Shown: positions 40,451 to 50,584 of the stretch, one piece after another
Layout: every line of letters begins with the position of its first letter
How positions within the stretch are numbered: the stretch's first letter is position 1
Made by a program: the position numbers and the translations under genes
Notes under the pieces: model-generated
The model's database searches: none
What the model was told of the DNA's origin: nothing
Seen by the model: only the letters and a program-made list of their open reading frames with translations
DNA from: an uncultured Acidobacteriota bacterium
Lineage (GTDB): Bacteria; Acidobacteriota; Thermoanaerobaculia; Gp7-AA8
Direction of reading: 5' to 3'
Assembly: GCA_963741955.1 (NCBI GenBank)
Contig: CAVUKB010000007.1
Location: 1,056,001 to 1,120,000, forward strand
DNA length: 64,000 bases

Positions 40451-43075
40451 ATGGTCACCGACGCCAATCAGCACCCGACCATCGAATCGAAGCCGGAATC
40501 GATGACCGGCGCGAAACCCCATTCGAAGGATGATCTGAAGTCTCTGCCCTTGCCGGTATTGGAGAAGAAGCTGGGCTCGTCGCCGGACGGCCTCACTCGG
40601 GCCGAGGCGGAACAGCGGTTGGACCGGTACGGGCCCAACGAGATCGAGGAAAAGAGGACCAACTCTTTCCTGAAGTTCCTCACCTATTTCTGGGGACCGA
40701 TCCCGTGGATGATCGAAGCGGCCGTGATCCTCTCGGCCGTCGCGCGGCATTGGCCGGATTTCGGCATCATTCTCCTTCTGCTTCTCGCCAACGGCGTGGT
40801 CGGATTCTGGGAAGAGCGAGAGGCCGGCAACGCCATCGCCGCGCTGAAGGCGAGGCTCGCGATCAAGGCTCGCGTGAAGCGCGACGGAGCGTGGATCACC
40901 TGCGAATCGCGTGAGCTGGTGCCGGGCGACGTGATTCGATTGTGCCTGGGGGACATCGTGCCGGCGGATGCGCGCCTCCTGGACGGCGACTCGGTGGAAG
41001 TGGATCAGTCGGCGCTGACGGGAGAGTCGCTGCCTGCCACGCGCAAACCCGGCGAGGCGGTGTTCTCGGGATCGATCATCCGTCGGGGCGAGATCGGCGC
41101 GCTTGTGTATGCCACCGGATCCGGGACCTACTTCGGCAAGACCGCGCAACTGGTCGAGGACGCGCACACCGTCAGCCATTTCCAGAAGGCGGTCCTGAAG
41201 ATCGGCAACTACCTGATCATCCTCGCGGTGGCTCTGGTGGCGGTGATCATCACTGTCGCGCTGCTCCGCGGCGACCCGATCCTCACCACCTTGCAGTTCG
41301 CCCTGGTGCTCACCGTGGCCGCGATTCCCGTGGCGATGCCGACGGTGTTGTCGGTTACGATGGCGGTCGGCGCACGCCTGCTGGCCAGGAAAGAGGCCGT
41401 CGTGAGCAAGCTGGTGGCCATCGAGGAACTGGCGGGCGTGGACGTGCTGTGCGCGGACAAGACCGGCACTCTGACACAGAATATGCTCACCCTCGGCGAT
41501 CCGTTCTGCGCGAACGACGTTCCCGCTGACGACGTGATCCTCGACGCCGCTCTGGCGTCGCGTGCGGAAAACAATGACACCATCGATCTGGCCGTCCTCG
41601 GCGGCCTGAAGAACGAGAAGGCGCTGGCGGGCTATGAGGTCGTCCATTTCCAGCCATTCGATCCGGTGCACAAGCGCACCGAAGCGACCGTCAAGGCCGC
41701 GGACGGAACGACGTTCAAGGTCTCGAAGGGCGCGCCGCAGGTGATCCTGGAATTATCGGCCGATGCCGCGGAGGTGAAAGAAGCAATCGACAAGGCGGTG
41801 AACGAATTTGCCGTGCGTGGCTTCCGTTCGCTGGGCGTGGCGCGAGCCGAGGGCGAAGGTCCGTGGCGGTTCGCCGGTGTGCTGCCGCTGTTCGACCCGC
41901 CGCGGGAGGATGCCAGCGCCACCATCGCGACCGCGCTCGCGATGGGCGTCAAGGTCAAGATGGTCACGGGCGATGCGCTTGCGATCGGCCAGGAAACGGC
42001 CAGAAAACTGGGGATGGGCGCCAACATCCTCGATGCCACCGGCCTCGGTGACTCGAAGCGCGTTGAGACCGCGGCGGTCGCGGAGTCGATCGAGAATGCC
42101 GACGGTTTCGCGCAGGTGTTCCCGGAGCACAAGTTCCACATCGTGGACGTGCTGCAGAAGCTCGGTCACATCGTCGGCATGACCGGCGACGGAGTCAATG
42201 ACGCACCCGCGCTCAAGAAAGCCGACTGCGGCATCGCCGTGTCGGCCGCGACGGATGCGGCGCGGGCCGCGGCAGCGATCGTGCTCCTGACGCCCGGCCT
42301 CTCGGTGATCATTGACGCGATCAAGGAGAGCCGCCGCATCTTCCAAAGGATGAACAGCTACGCGATCTACCGCATCGCCGAGACGCTGCGTGTGCTGTTC
42401 TTCATGACGCTGGCGATCCTGATCTTCAACTTCTATCCATTGACCGCGGTGATGATCGTGATGCTCGCGCTGCTCAACGATGGCGCAATCCTGTCCATTG
42501 CCTATGACAACGTCCATTACAAGGATCAGCCCGAGGCGTGGAACATGCGCGTGGTGCTGGGGATCGCCACGGTGCTGGGCCTCATCGGTGTCGTTTCGGC
42601 CTTCGGCCTGTTCTATCTCGGCGAGCGCGTCTTTCATCTCGATCGTGCGCACATCCAGACGCTGATGTACCTGAAGCTCTCCGTGGCAGGACATCTGACG
42701 ATTTTCCTGACGCGCACGCGCGGCCCGTTCTGGTCCATCCGTCCCGCGCGAATTCTCTGGGTGGCGGTCGTCGGTACACAGATCGTCGCGACGTTGATCG
42801 CGGTCTACGGACTTTTCATGACACCGCTCGGTTGGGGTTGGGCACTGTTCGTCTGGGTCTATGCGCTGGCGTGGTTCTTACTGAACGACCGCGTCAAGCT
42901 GCTCGCGTATCGGATTCTCGATCCCGTCGAGGCCAGGACACCGTCTGACCTGACGCCGCGGATCGCACGGCGAGCCTATGAACTGTACGAAAAGCGGGGC
43001 CGACGGGATGGGCGCTCCGTAGAGGACTGGGAAGAGGCGGAGAGGGAAATCAGGAAGCATGACTCCTCGAATTGA
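40451..43075 (+). CDS. P3A plasma-membrane-type H+-ATPase with C-terminal DUF2934-like tail
   Basis: FWGPIPWMIE, TGES, IPVAMPTVLSVTMA, DKTGTLT, PFDPVHKRT, KGAPQVI, GDGVNDAPALKKA, LLNDGAI. Confidence 0.93.
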   Translation: MVTDANQHPTIESKPESMTGAKPHSKDDLKSLPLPVLEKKLGSSPDGLTRAEAEQRLDRYGPNEIEEKRTNSFLKFLTYFWGPIPWMIEAAVILSAVARHWPDFGIILLLLLANGVVGFWEEREAGNAIAALKARLAIKARVKRDGAWITCESRELVPGDVIRLCLGDIVPADARLLDGDSVEVDQSALTGESLPATRKPGEAVFSGSIIRRGEIGALVYATGSGTYFGKTAQLVEDAHTVSHFQKAVLKIGNYLIILAVALVAVIITVALLRGDPILTTLQFALVLTVAAIPVAMPTVLSVTMAVGARLLARKEAVVSKLVAIEELAGVDVLCADKTGTLTQNMLTLGDPFCANDVPADDVILDAALASRAENNDTIDLAVLGGLKNEKALAGYEVVHFQPFDPVHKRTEATVKAADGTTFKVSKGAPQVILELSADAAEVKEAIDKAVNEFAVRGFRSLGVARAEGEGPWRFAGVLPLFDPPREDASATIATALAMGVKVKMVTGDALAIGQETARKLGMGANILDATGLGDSKRVETAAVAESIENADGFAQVFPEHKFHIVDVLQKLGHIVGMTGDGVNDAPALKKADCGIAVSAATDAARAAAAIVLLTPGLSVIIDAIKESRRIFQRMNSYAIYRIAETLRVLFFMTLAILIFNFYPLTAVMIVMLALLNDGAILSIAYDNVHYKDQPEAWNMRVVLGIATVLGLIGVVSAFGLFYLGERVFHLDRAHIQTLMYLKLSVAGHLTIFLTRTRGPFWSIRPARILWVAVVGTQIVATLIAVYGLFMTPLGWGWALFVWVYALAWFLLNDRVKLLAYRILDPVEARTPSDLTPRIARRAYELYEKRGRRDGRSVEDWEEAEREIRKHDSSN

Positions 43076-43297
43076 ACCGGGGCCTCGGCCGTCTCGCGGA
43101 CCGTCTACCGCGCGGCGCGAGAGAGATCGCCGAAACCCAGGAGTGAGGATCCGAGGGGTCAGGTGCTGCGTGAAGACAATGCGAAATGCTCTTTCCTATC
43201 CCGCGCCCGGACGACAATCGGGTGAGCGCCCTCGTGCCTCGCGGCACTCGAATTGTCGGGCACATCCCATTCCCCGAGCCTATGATTGGAGAACGCC

Positions 43298-43457
43298 AGG
43301 AGTCTGCACGGTAGGAACGTCCGTAGCGAGAAAGCGGAGCAGCGAGGCCAAATTCGTTCGGATTCGAGGTGCGTAGCGGTGGCTACTCGCCGAAAATCCG
43401 GGCGGATTTGGCCTCGCTGATTCCGCTTTCGCAGCAGGACAGGTTTCTACCGCGCAG
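43298..43457. repeat. MITE-like element (family 1), inverted copy of 50057-50217
   Basis: GGAGTCTGCACGGTAGGAAC...GTTTCTACCGCGCAG. Aligns with the reverse complement of 50057-50217. Confidence 0.8.
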
Positions 43458-43550
43458 GCACACTCCCAGCCGCGATATGCTACATTCGGTCCGACCGGGC
43501 CGACGGTCGTGGATCGGCGCACGCAGCGTCGGATGAATAGGGAGATAGAT

Positions 43551-44126
43551 ATGAGTGACATTCTGCAGGCGGTGATGAAGCAGCTCGGCAGCGACGGAAT
43601 CGAACAGATCGCGGGTTCGGTCGGCGCAGATTCAACAACGACGAAGTCGGCGATCGGAACGGCTGTGCCGCTCCTCGTGGCGGCGCTCGCGAAAAACGCG
43701 TCGAGTCCCGCGGGAGCGCAGGCGCTCCACGGCGCCCTGGCGCGGGACCACGACGGCGGGATCCTCGAAAACCTGGCGGGGTTCCTCGGCAATCCGCAGT
43801 CGATGAACGGCGCGGGCATTCTCGAGCACGTCCTGGGAGGAAAGGTCGGTGCGGTTCAGCAGGGGATCTCTCAGGGCTCGGGGCTCGACTCCGGGTCGGT
43901 CGGCAAACTCCTGATGATCCTGGCCCCGATCGTAATGGGGCTGCTCGGCCGTCAGCAGCGGGTGGGCGGACTCGACGCCGGGGCGCTCGCCGGGATGCTT
44001 GGAGGCCAGAGTCGGCAGGCATCCGGCGCGCTTGGCGCGCTCAACTCGCTCCTCGACGCCGACGGCGACGGGAGCGCCCTGGATGACATCGCCGGGATGG
44101 CGAAAGGGTTTTTCGGAAACAAGTAG
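43551..44126 (+). CDS. DUF937 family protein
   Basis: AVPLLVAALAKNAS..GAQAL, GILEHVLG, LAPIVMGLLG, LLDADGDGSALDD. Confidence 0.85.
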   Translation: MSDILQAVMKQLGSDGIEQIAGSVGADSTTTKSAIGTAVPLLVAALAKNASSPAGAQALHGALARDHDGGILENLAGFLGNPQSMNGAGILEHVLGGKVGAVQQGISQGSGLDSGSVGKLLMILAPIVMGLLGRQQRVGGLDAGALAGMLGGQSRQASGALGALNSLLDADGDGSALDDIAGMAKGFFGNK

Positions 44127-44161
44127 TGCACAACGCGAAGTCTGGAGTCAGGAGAACTCAA

Positions 44162-44596
44162 ATGTCGATGTTCGGAAAATCATTCGACGAAAAGGTCCGC
44201 GATGCCACGAGTCAGCTTTCGTCGAACTTCCCTGGTTCGAAGATCGTTGCCGACGTCACCGGGGACGAAGTCGTCACGCTCAGCGGAGTGGTCCCGAATC
44301 TCGAGACGAAGGGACGTGTGATGGCCGCGTTCAACGATCTCGTCAAGACGAAAAACACGATCAACACGATCCGGATCTCCGAGGCGACGAAATCGACGCC
44401 CGCGGGGATGGATCCCGTTGCGGCGGCGCACGAGCCGCGCATTCACGAGGTCGTGAAGGGCGACACGCTCAGCGCAATCGCAAAGAAGTACTACGGCAAC
44501 GCGGGCAAGTACACGAAGATCTTCGAGGCGAATCGCGACATCCTCGACGACCCTGACCGCATCAAGGTCGGTCAGAAGCTGAAGATCCCGGATTAG
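44162..44596 (+). CDS. BON-LysM protein (YgaU/Kbp-like)
   Basis: VTLSGVV BON domain. HEVVKGDTLSAIAKKYYGN...IFEANR...PDRIKVGQKLKIP LysM domain. Confidence 0.9.
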   Translation: MSMFGKSFDEKVRDATSQLSSNFPGSKIVADVTGDEVVTLSGVVPNLETKGRVMAAFNDLVKTKNTINTIRISEATKSTPAGMDPVAAAHEPRIHEVVKGDTLSAIAKKYYGNAGKYTKIFEANRDILDDPDRIKVGQKLKIPD

Positions 44597-45121
44597 CGCC
44601 AATGGCCCGACCTCAAGCAAAATCCGCGTGTCAGCCGGGAGTCTGCGCGAGCTTGCTGAGCAGCGAAGGATCCTCTCTCCGAGGGGCGCCAAGGCTCTCG
44701 CCGTGGCCGCGCAGATCGCCTTCAGAACGGAACGAGACGACACCTGCGGAAGATGCGCAGTAACTCCGCACATCGGCTCTGTGAACACCCATCGTGCCAC
44801 TCGAGTTCGGGCCATTGGGATTAGCGCGGCGTTGCCGCCCTGGACGATCGCGGACGGTCCCGGCCAGCGCCGTCGCAGCGGCGGCGCTGGCGATTGTTCT
44901 GTTGTCGGCATCGGACGAAGCAGGCCATCAATAAGAGCGAGATTGCACCTGCTTCGCGCGCAACAGCAATGGCGAGCTCGAGAGGATCCAGTGGAGCAGT
45001 GAAGCCGGATTCGTCCGAATGCGAGGCGCCCGGCGGTGATTACTCGCCGAGCATCCGTAGATCATCTCGAAGAACGGCATAGCGATCCGCACGCCGGTTG
45101 CTGCCATCAGCGTCATCTGCA

Positions 45122-45325
45122 CTAGTCGTCGATGACGAATGTCACCATCATGTGAATCCGATACTCCGTGATGGCGCCTTTCGTCACTTCCACCTTCTGT
45201 TCCTTGATCCAGGCGCTGCGCACGTTTCTCAGCGTCTTGTTCGCCCTGTCGAGTCCGTGTTCGATGGCGTCCTGGAAGCTTTTCTTCGAACTTGCGCTGA
45301 TCTCGGTGACTTTTGCGATCGACAT
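45122..45325 (-). CDS. Dodecin family protein
   Basis: SIAKVTEISASS.KSFQDAI, KTLRNVRSAWIKEQ, YRIHMMVTF. Confidence 0.9.
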   Translation of the reverse strand: MSIAKVTEISASSKKSFQDAIEHGLDRANKTLRNVRSAWIKEQKVEVTKGAITEYRIHMMVTFVIDD

Positions 45326-45671
45326 CATATTCTCCTTGCGTCTTCGCGTTTCAGGTTGCGGTATCCGAACGGTGGCGACGGCAGTGTCCTCGGGGCAACG
45401 AGAGAGGCTTGCCGGAGCTCAGCCGAATCGGGGACGGCATACTGGCAGATGCCGTCTACGGTTCGTGAAAGCTGATATGGGTTGAGTGGTGGGATGCGAC
45501 GGCAGATTGGGGAGATGCCAGTGGGGGCTCGTTCGACGATGTCATGATTACCTCGCCGGATCGGTTCGTCGAGTGATGACCGTAGGAATGCGGTCGCGCG
45601 GGATGGCGCGGACCGTGGAGCTTCGTGTGACTGAGGGTGTGATGATTCATCGCATTCCATCGGCACGGTTC

Positions 45672-45747
45672 AATCTATTCTTCTGTCGTCGCTGCGTGAA
45701 GCGCACTATCTACCCGGCAGACGCGGAACAGAACGGGTAGAAACTAC
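45672..45747 (-). promoter_or_regulatory. Regulon promoter P6 (dodecin)
   Basis: GTAGTTTCTAC, +34 GTAGATAGTGCGC-TTCACG-N17-TAGATT. Confidence 0.75.
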
Positions 45748-45781
45748 GCTTCCGAAGCCCGACCTCGTGCTCGGATCGACC

Positions 45782-48532
45782 TCAAGTGAGCTCGGCGTCT
45801 GTGTGTGGTGCACGTGGTACCGGTGGAACCTCGTCCAGCAGCTCCCGCACTCTGCGGATCAATGTCTCGAGGCTGAGCGGTTTACCGAGAAACGCGCGGC
45901 CGGCGCCCTCCATGTCGGTCATGGCCGTGGATGCTTCACTGTAACCGGAGACGAAGAGTACCTTCGTGCCCGGTCGTGTCCGCTCGACGACTGTCGCTAC
46001 TGTCGGACCCGACATTCCCGGCATTACGACGTCAGTGACCATGATCTCGATCGCGCCTGAATGCGCGTCGGCCAGTCTCACAGCCTCGGTCCCATCCCGC
46101 GCAACGATTACGGAGTATCCGCTTGCCGCGAGCGCTTCACGCATCGACTCACGAAGCGAGGCTTCGTCTTCGACGAGCAGCACCGTCTCGGTGCCACGTG
46201 GCAGCGGCCCCACCTTCCCTTCTGTCGTCTGCGTGGGGCTATGGTCGACCCGAGGAAGGTAAATCCTGAACGTCGTTCCGAGACCGAGCTCACTGTAGAC
46301 CCAGATGGCCCCGCCACTCTGCTTGACGATGCCGTAGACGGTGGAGAGACCCAGACCCGTTCCCTTACCCTTCTCTTTTGTGGTGTAGAAGGGCTCGAAG
46401 ATCCGGGCCTGGGTCTCCTCGTCCATTCCCGCGCCATCGTCCGACACCGTGAGGACGATCTGCGGGCCCGGCTGGGTGTGCGGGCGATTCGCGACGTATT
46501 CCGATTCCGGATCGGCGTTGCGAGTCTCGATCGTGATGCAGCCGCCGACCGGCATGGCGTCACGGGCATTGAACACGAGATTCATGAGGATCTGCTCGAT
46601 CTGGGCCGGATCGGCTCTCACGCTGCCGAGATCGGGCGCGAGGTGGGTGGTGAACGCGATGTCCTCGCGAATGGTCCTTCGGAGCATCGTCTCCATCTCG
46701 GTGACGATCATGTTGAGATCGAGGACTTTAGGCTCGAGAGGGAGCTTGCGGCCGATGGCCATGAACTGACGCGTCAGAGTCGAAGCACGCCAGGCTGCTT
46801 TGAGGATCTGGTCCAATCCGGCCTTGCCGGGCGCGCCATCGGGCAGCTGCTTCCGAACCAGCTCGCCGTAGTTCACGATGACCCCGAGAATGTTGTTGAA
46901 GTCGTGTGCCACACCGCCCGCGAGCAGACCAATCGCTTCCATCTTCTGGGCGTGGAACAACTGCTGAGCGAGGGCGGTCTCCTCGGTGATGTCGCGCTTG
47001 ACTGCCACGTAGTTGACGATCCGCCCCGCGGCGTCGCGCACTGGCGATATGGTCCCTTCCTCCTCGAAGAGTGTGCCGTCCTTTCGTTTGTTGATCATGC
47101 GGCCGGTCCAGATCTGGCCTCCGAGTAATGTGCTCCACATCGTGTGATAGAACTCGTCATCCTGTTTGCCACTCTTCAGGAATCGCGGATTCCGGCCGAT
47201 CGTTTCCTCCCGGGTGTATCCGGTCGCGGTCTCGAACGCGGGATTGACGTAGAGAATCTCGCCGGTGGAGTCGGTGATCACGATCGCTTCGCCCGCCTGC
47301 TCGACCGCGGTCGCGAGCAGCGCGTGGGCCTTCTCCGACCGTGTGCGCTCGGTGATGTCACGGACGTTGCACTGAATCACCGGGTCTCCGTTCACCAGGT
47401 ACACGTTGCTGATGAACTCCACATCGTTCCGGCGCCCGTCGAACGACTCCAGAGCCAGGTCCTCGTACCGGACATATCCCTTCCTCTTCAACTCCGCGAA
47501 GTTCGCCTCGTTCGCGAGCACGTCCTTGAGAAACCCGAGATCCCAGAGCTTCTTCTGGAGGAAGTCGTCACGCGTGAAACCCATCAACTGGACCAGGTAC
47601 GGATTCACGTCCACGATCATCCCGGACTCGTAGTCGACGATCAGAACGCCGTCCCTTGCCGCTTCGAAGAGGCGGCGATAGCGGGTCTCCGAGGTGACGA
47701 GCGCATCCTCGGCTTCCCGGCGTTCGGAGATGTCGCGGACCGCCGCCACGGCGTAGTCCCGATCGAGATGGACCAGCTTGAGGCTGACCTCGACGGGGAA
47801 TGTCGATCCGTCCTTCCGGCGACGGCTCGTCTCGAACTGCGCGACACCGGTTTGCGCGAGTTCCGCCATCACCGTATCGGAGTCGCCGTCGCCGACGTCG
47901 ACGTCGCCGCGGTTCAACGACATGAGCTCCTCGCGGCTGTAGCCGAGGGCCTTGCATGCCTGCTCATTGAAATCGAGGAATCGGCCGGACTCCGGATCGA
48001 GCACTTCGATCGCGTCACTCGAGTGCTCGACCAGATTGCGAAACAGGTTCAGCGAATCTTCGGTGCGCTTGCGCTCGGTGATGTCCATGTAGGTACCGAG
48101 AAGACCGATGATCTCTCCGTCGGAACTGCGTAGCGGCGTCTTGCTCGTAAGAAGAGTGATGGTCTCCCCGGTGGGAGTCGTCTGCGGCTCTTCAATGAGA
48201 TTCCTGGCCCGGCCGCTCTCGATGACCTCGCGGTCGTCGGCGCGATACGCGTCGGCTTGATCGCGAAATGCCAACTGGTAGTCGGTCTTGCCGATGACGT
48301 CGACCGGATCGGCGAATCCTGCATCTTTCGCGAACGCTGCGTTGCAGCCAAGGTAAACGAGATCCTTGTCTTTCCAGAAGACCCGCGCGGGGATCGCGTC
48401 GAGGATCCCGGCGATGACCTGTTGCGAAGCCCGCAGCGCCTCCTCCGATCCCCGCAGCTCGAGTTGGCTGGGGCGGGCCTCGGTTGCGAGGACGTTCGCC
48501 GTCTGCTGATTGGTGTGCGGATTGTCAGTCAT
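45782..48532 (-). CDS. Multi-PAS hybrid sensor histidine kinase/response regulator
   Basis: Four PAS/PAC repeats (DITERK), AGGVAHDFNNIL, NLVFNARDAM, GTGLGLSTVYGIV and C-terminal REC (LLVEDE, TDVVMP). Confidence 0.93.
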   Translation of the reverse strand: MTDNPHTNQQTANVLATEARPSQLELRGSEEALRASQQVIAGILDAIPARVFWKDKDLVYLGCNAAFAKDAGFADPVDVIGKTDYQLAFRDQADAYRADDREVIESGRARNLIEEPQTTPTGETITLLTSKTPLRSSDGEIIGLLGTYMDITERKRTEDSLNLFRNLVEHSSDAIEVLDPESGRFLDFNEQACKALGYSREELMSLNRGDVDVGDGDSDTVMAELAQTGVAQFETSRRRKDGSTFPVEVSLKLVHLDRDYAVAAVRDISERREAEDALVTSETRYRRLFEAARDGVLIVDYESGMIVDVNPYLVQLMGFTRDDFLQKKLWDLGFLKDVLANEANFAELKRKGYVRYEDLALESFDGRRNDVEFISNVYLVNGDPVIQCNVRDITERTRSEKAHALLATAVEQAGEAIVITDSTGEILYVNPAFETATGYTREETIGRNPRFLKSGKQDDEFYHTMWSTLLGGQIWTGRMINKRKDGTLFEEEGTISPVRDAAGRIVNYVAVKRDITEETALAQQLFHAQKMEAIGLLAGGVAHDFNNILGVIVNYGELVRKQLPDGAPGKAGLDQILKAAWRASTLTRQFMAIGRKLPLEPKVLDLNMIVTEMETMLRRTIREDIAFTTHLAPDLGSVRADPAQIEQILMNLVFNARDAMPVGGCITIETRNADPESEYVANRPHTQPGPQIVLTVSDDGAGMDEETQARIFEPFYTTKEKGKGTGLGLSTVYGIVKQSGGAIWVYSELGLGTTFRIYLPRVDHSPTQTTEGKVGPLPRGTETVLLVEDEASLRESMREALAASGYSVIVARDGTEAVRLADAHSGAIEIMVTDVVMPGMSGPTVATVVERTRPGTKVLFVSGYSEASTAMTDMEGAGRAFLGKPLSLETLIRRVRELLDEVPPVPRAPHTDAELT

Positions 48533-48560
48533 CGTCTCTCCGATCGTTGGTGCTTCGGGG

Positions 48561-49583
48561 CTAGAAGTCCCCGAGCTGCACGAGCTGCTTCCCCTGATTC
48601 GTTCCGTGCAGCATTCCGATGAAGGCCTGCGGCGCCGCTTCGATGCCCTGGGCCACCGCCTCCCGGTATCTGAGCTTTCCTTGTTTCAGCCAGGTGTCGA
48701 GCTGCTTACGCCCTTCGGAGAATCGATCGGCGAAGTCCGACACGAGGAAGCCCTCTACCTTCGCCGTCCTGGCGAGGAGATGCCCGAGCCAGCGCGGCCC
48801 CGTCTCGGGAGCCTCCAGGTTGTACTCCGAGATCTGCCCGCAGACGGAGATTCGGGCTTTCACATTGATCCGTCGCATGACCGCGTCACTCAGCGCCCCT
48901 CCGACATTGTCGAAGTAGACGTCGATGCCTTCGGGGCAGAGCTCGGCGAGTCTGGCGTCGAAATCCGGATCGGACCCGTAGTTGGATACCGCGTCGAAGC
49001 CGAGCTCGTCGCGTAACCACGTGAGCTCGGCGTCGGCGTTCGCCAGCCCCACCACACGGCATCCATTGATCCTCGCAATCTGGCCGGCGAGCATTCCGAC
49101 CGCACCGGCGGCTCCGGAGACCACCACGGTCTCGCCACGTTGCGGGCGACAGATCTCGAGCAGGCCGAAGTACGCCGTGAGCCCCGGCAAACCCAGCGCA
49201 CCGAGCGCCAACGAGATCGGGGAGAGGCCCGGTTCGAGCTTTCTCAGCGCATGTGCGGGGACGATGGCGTACTCCTGCCACCCCAGCATTCCTTCGACCG
49301 CGTCACCAGCCCGGAACGCCGGATCGCCGGACTCCACGACGAAGGCGGCGGCTCCGCCCGGCATGACTTCACCAAGGCGCACCGACCCGCCGTCGGATCC
49401 ATTCTGGTTCATCTGCACGCGGATGTAGGGATCGAGCGACAGGTAGATCGACCGAACCAGAACCTCGCCGGCGGCCGGCGATGACAACGGCGCGTAGACC
49501 AGCCGGAAATCGGACAACGACGGGTATCCCACCGGCCGTGACGCGAGCGTGATCTGTCTGTTTATCGGAGCCAGTGAATTCAT
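48561..49583 (-). CDS. NADP-dependent oxidoreductase (CurA/prostaglandin reductase-like MDR)
   Basis: LASRPVG, YLSLDPY, GLPGLTAYFGL, VSGAAGAVG, GIDVYFDNVGG, CGQISEYN, NQGKQLV. Confidence 0.92.
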   Translation of the reverse strand: MNSLAPINRQITLASRPVGYPSLSDFRLVYAPLSSPAAGEVLVRSIYLSLDPYIRVQMNQNGSDGGSVRLGEVMPGGAAAFVVESGDPAFRAGDAVEGMLGWQEYAIVPAHALRKLEPGLSPISLALGALGLPGLTAYFGLLEICRPQRGETVVVSGAAGAVGMLAGQIARINGCRVVGLANADAELTWLRDELGFDAVSNYGSDPDFDARLAELCPEGIDVYFDNVGGALSDAVMRRINVKARISVCGQISEYNLEAPETGPRWLGHLLARTAKVEGFLVSDFADRFSEGRKQLDTWLKQGKLRYREAVAQGIEAAPQAFIGMLHGTNQGKQLVQLGDF

Positions 49584-49631
49584 GTGATTTTCCCGGGCGA
49601 TGAGAGAAGCATCGCCATTGTGACTCCGGAG

Positions 49632-49850
49632 CTACTTCTTCCCGCGGGCAAAGAGGAGAGCGGCGCCGACCACGATGGCTCCTGCGCCGGCCCAGACCGG
49701 AATGTCGACCGTATCTTTGTTCTGGACCGACATCTCGATCGGCCCGATCCTCGCCTCGTGGGTCGTCCTCGTGTACGTGATCCCGCCATACACGAGCCCG
49801 ACGATACCGGCAGCGATCAGAAATATCGCGACGATCTTGAATGCGTTCAC
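49632..49850 (-). CDS. Small two-TM membrane protein
   Basis: LIAAGIVGLVYGGITYT...IPVWAGAGAIVVGAALL. AAGGAG SD. Confidence 0.75.
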   Translation of the reverse strand: MNAFKIVAIFLIAAGIVGLVYGGITYTRTTHEARIGPIEMSVQNKDTVDIPVWAGAGAIVVGAALLFARGKK

Positions 49851-50056
49851 ATTGTCTCCTTTGCCGAAGCTTCATCTCCGTGATACCCGACATCGTGGCC
49901 GGCCAATCGCGCCAGGAGTCTGCGCGGTGGGACCGCTGGTCCGCGCTCGTCCTCAACATCGTCACCACTATGCCTTCGTCGCCGAAGTCGCGCGCGCCTT
50001 GCATCCAAGCCGCTCCCTGCCTCCTCGCGGCGAGACGGTGTGAGAAATGCGGGCCG

Positions 50057-50217
50057 GGAGTCTGCGCGGTAGAAACTGTCCTACTGCGAAAGCGGATCAG
50101 CGGTCAAAATCCGTCCGGATTTTCGGCGAGTAGCCACCGCTACGCACCTCAAATCCGAACGAATTTGGCCTCGCTGCTTTGCTTTCTTGCTACGGACGTT
50201 TCTACCGCGCAGACTCC
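50057..50217. repeat. MITE-like element (family 1) with perfect 20-bp terminal inverted repeats
   Basis: GGAGTCTGCGCGGTAGAAAC ... GTTTCTACCGCGCAGACTCC. Confidence 0.85.
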
Positions 50218-50366
50218 TAGCGGACGCGCCGTCCGGAGACGAGTTGAAAGATCAGAATGATGACCGCCACCACGAGCAGGAGGTGGATGAACCCACCCAT
50301 GGTGTAGGAGGTGACGAGGCCGAGCAGCCATAACACCACCAGAATGACGAGAATCGTCCACAGCAT
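50217..50366 (-). CDS. lmo0937-family small membrane protein (49 aa, not in the ORF track)
   Basis: MLWTILVILVVLWLLGLVTSYTMGGFIHLLLVVAVIILIFQLVSGRRVR. GGAGGT SD. Confidence 0.85.
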   Translation of the reverse strand: MLWTILVILVVLWLLGLVTSYTMGGFIHLLLVVAVIILIFQLVSGRRVR

Positions 50367-50584
50367 GACCTACCTCCGGTTTCGTTGTTTGCACGTCGTG
50401 GGCAACGACGATGCCGCGCACGACGTACTCGCCGTCGCATCTGACCGAGCGGAGAGAGACGGGTGGGATCACTGTCACGACGATCTGCGATGAGCTCGGG
50501 CGGATGCCGTGAGATCTGGTCTCGGAGTCGGGGACAATGAACGTTCGTTCTCTCATTCGATCCCGTCTCTACTCCCACGTCACA

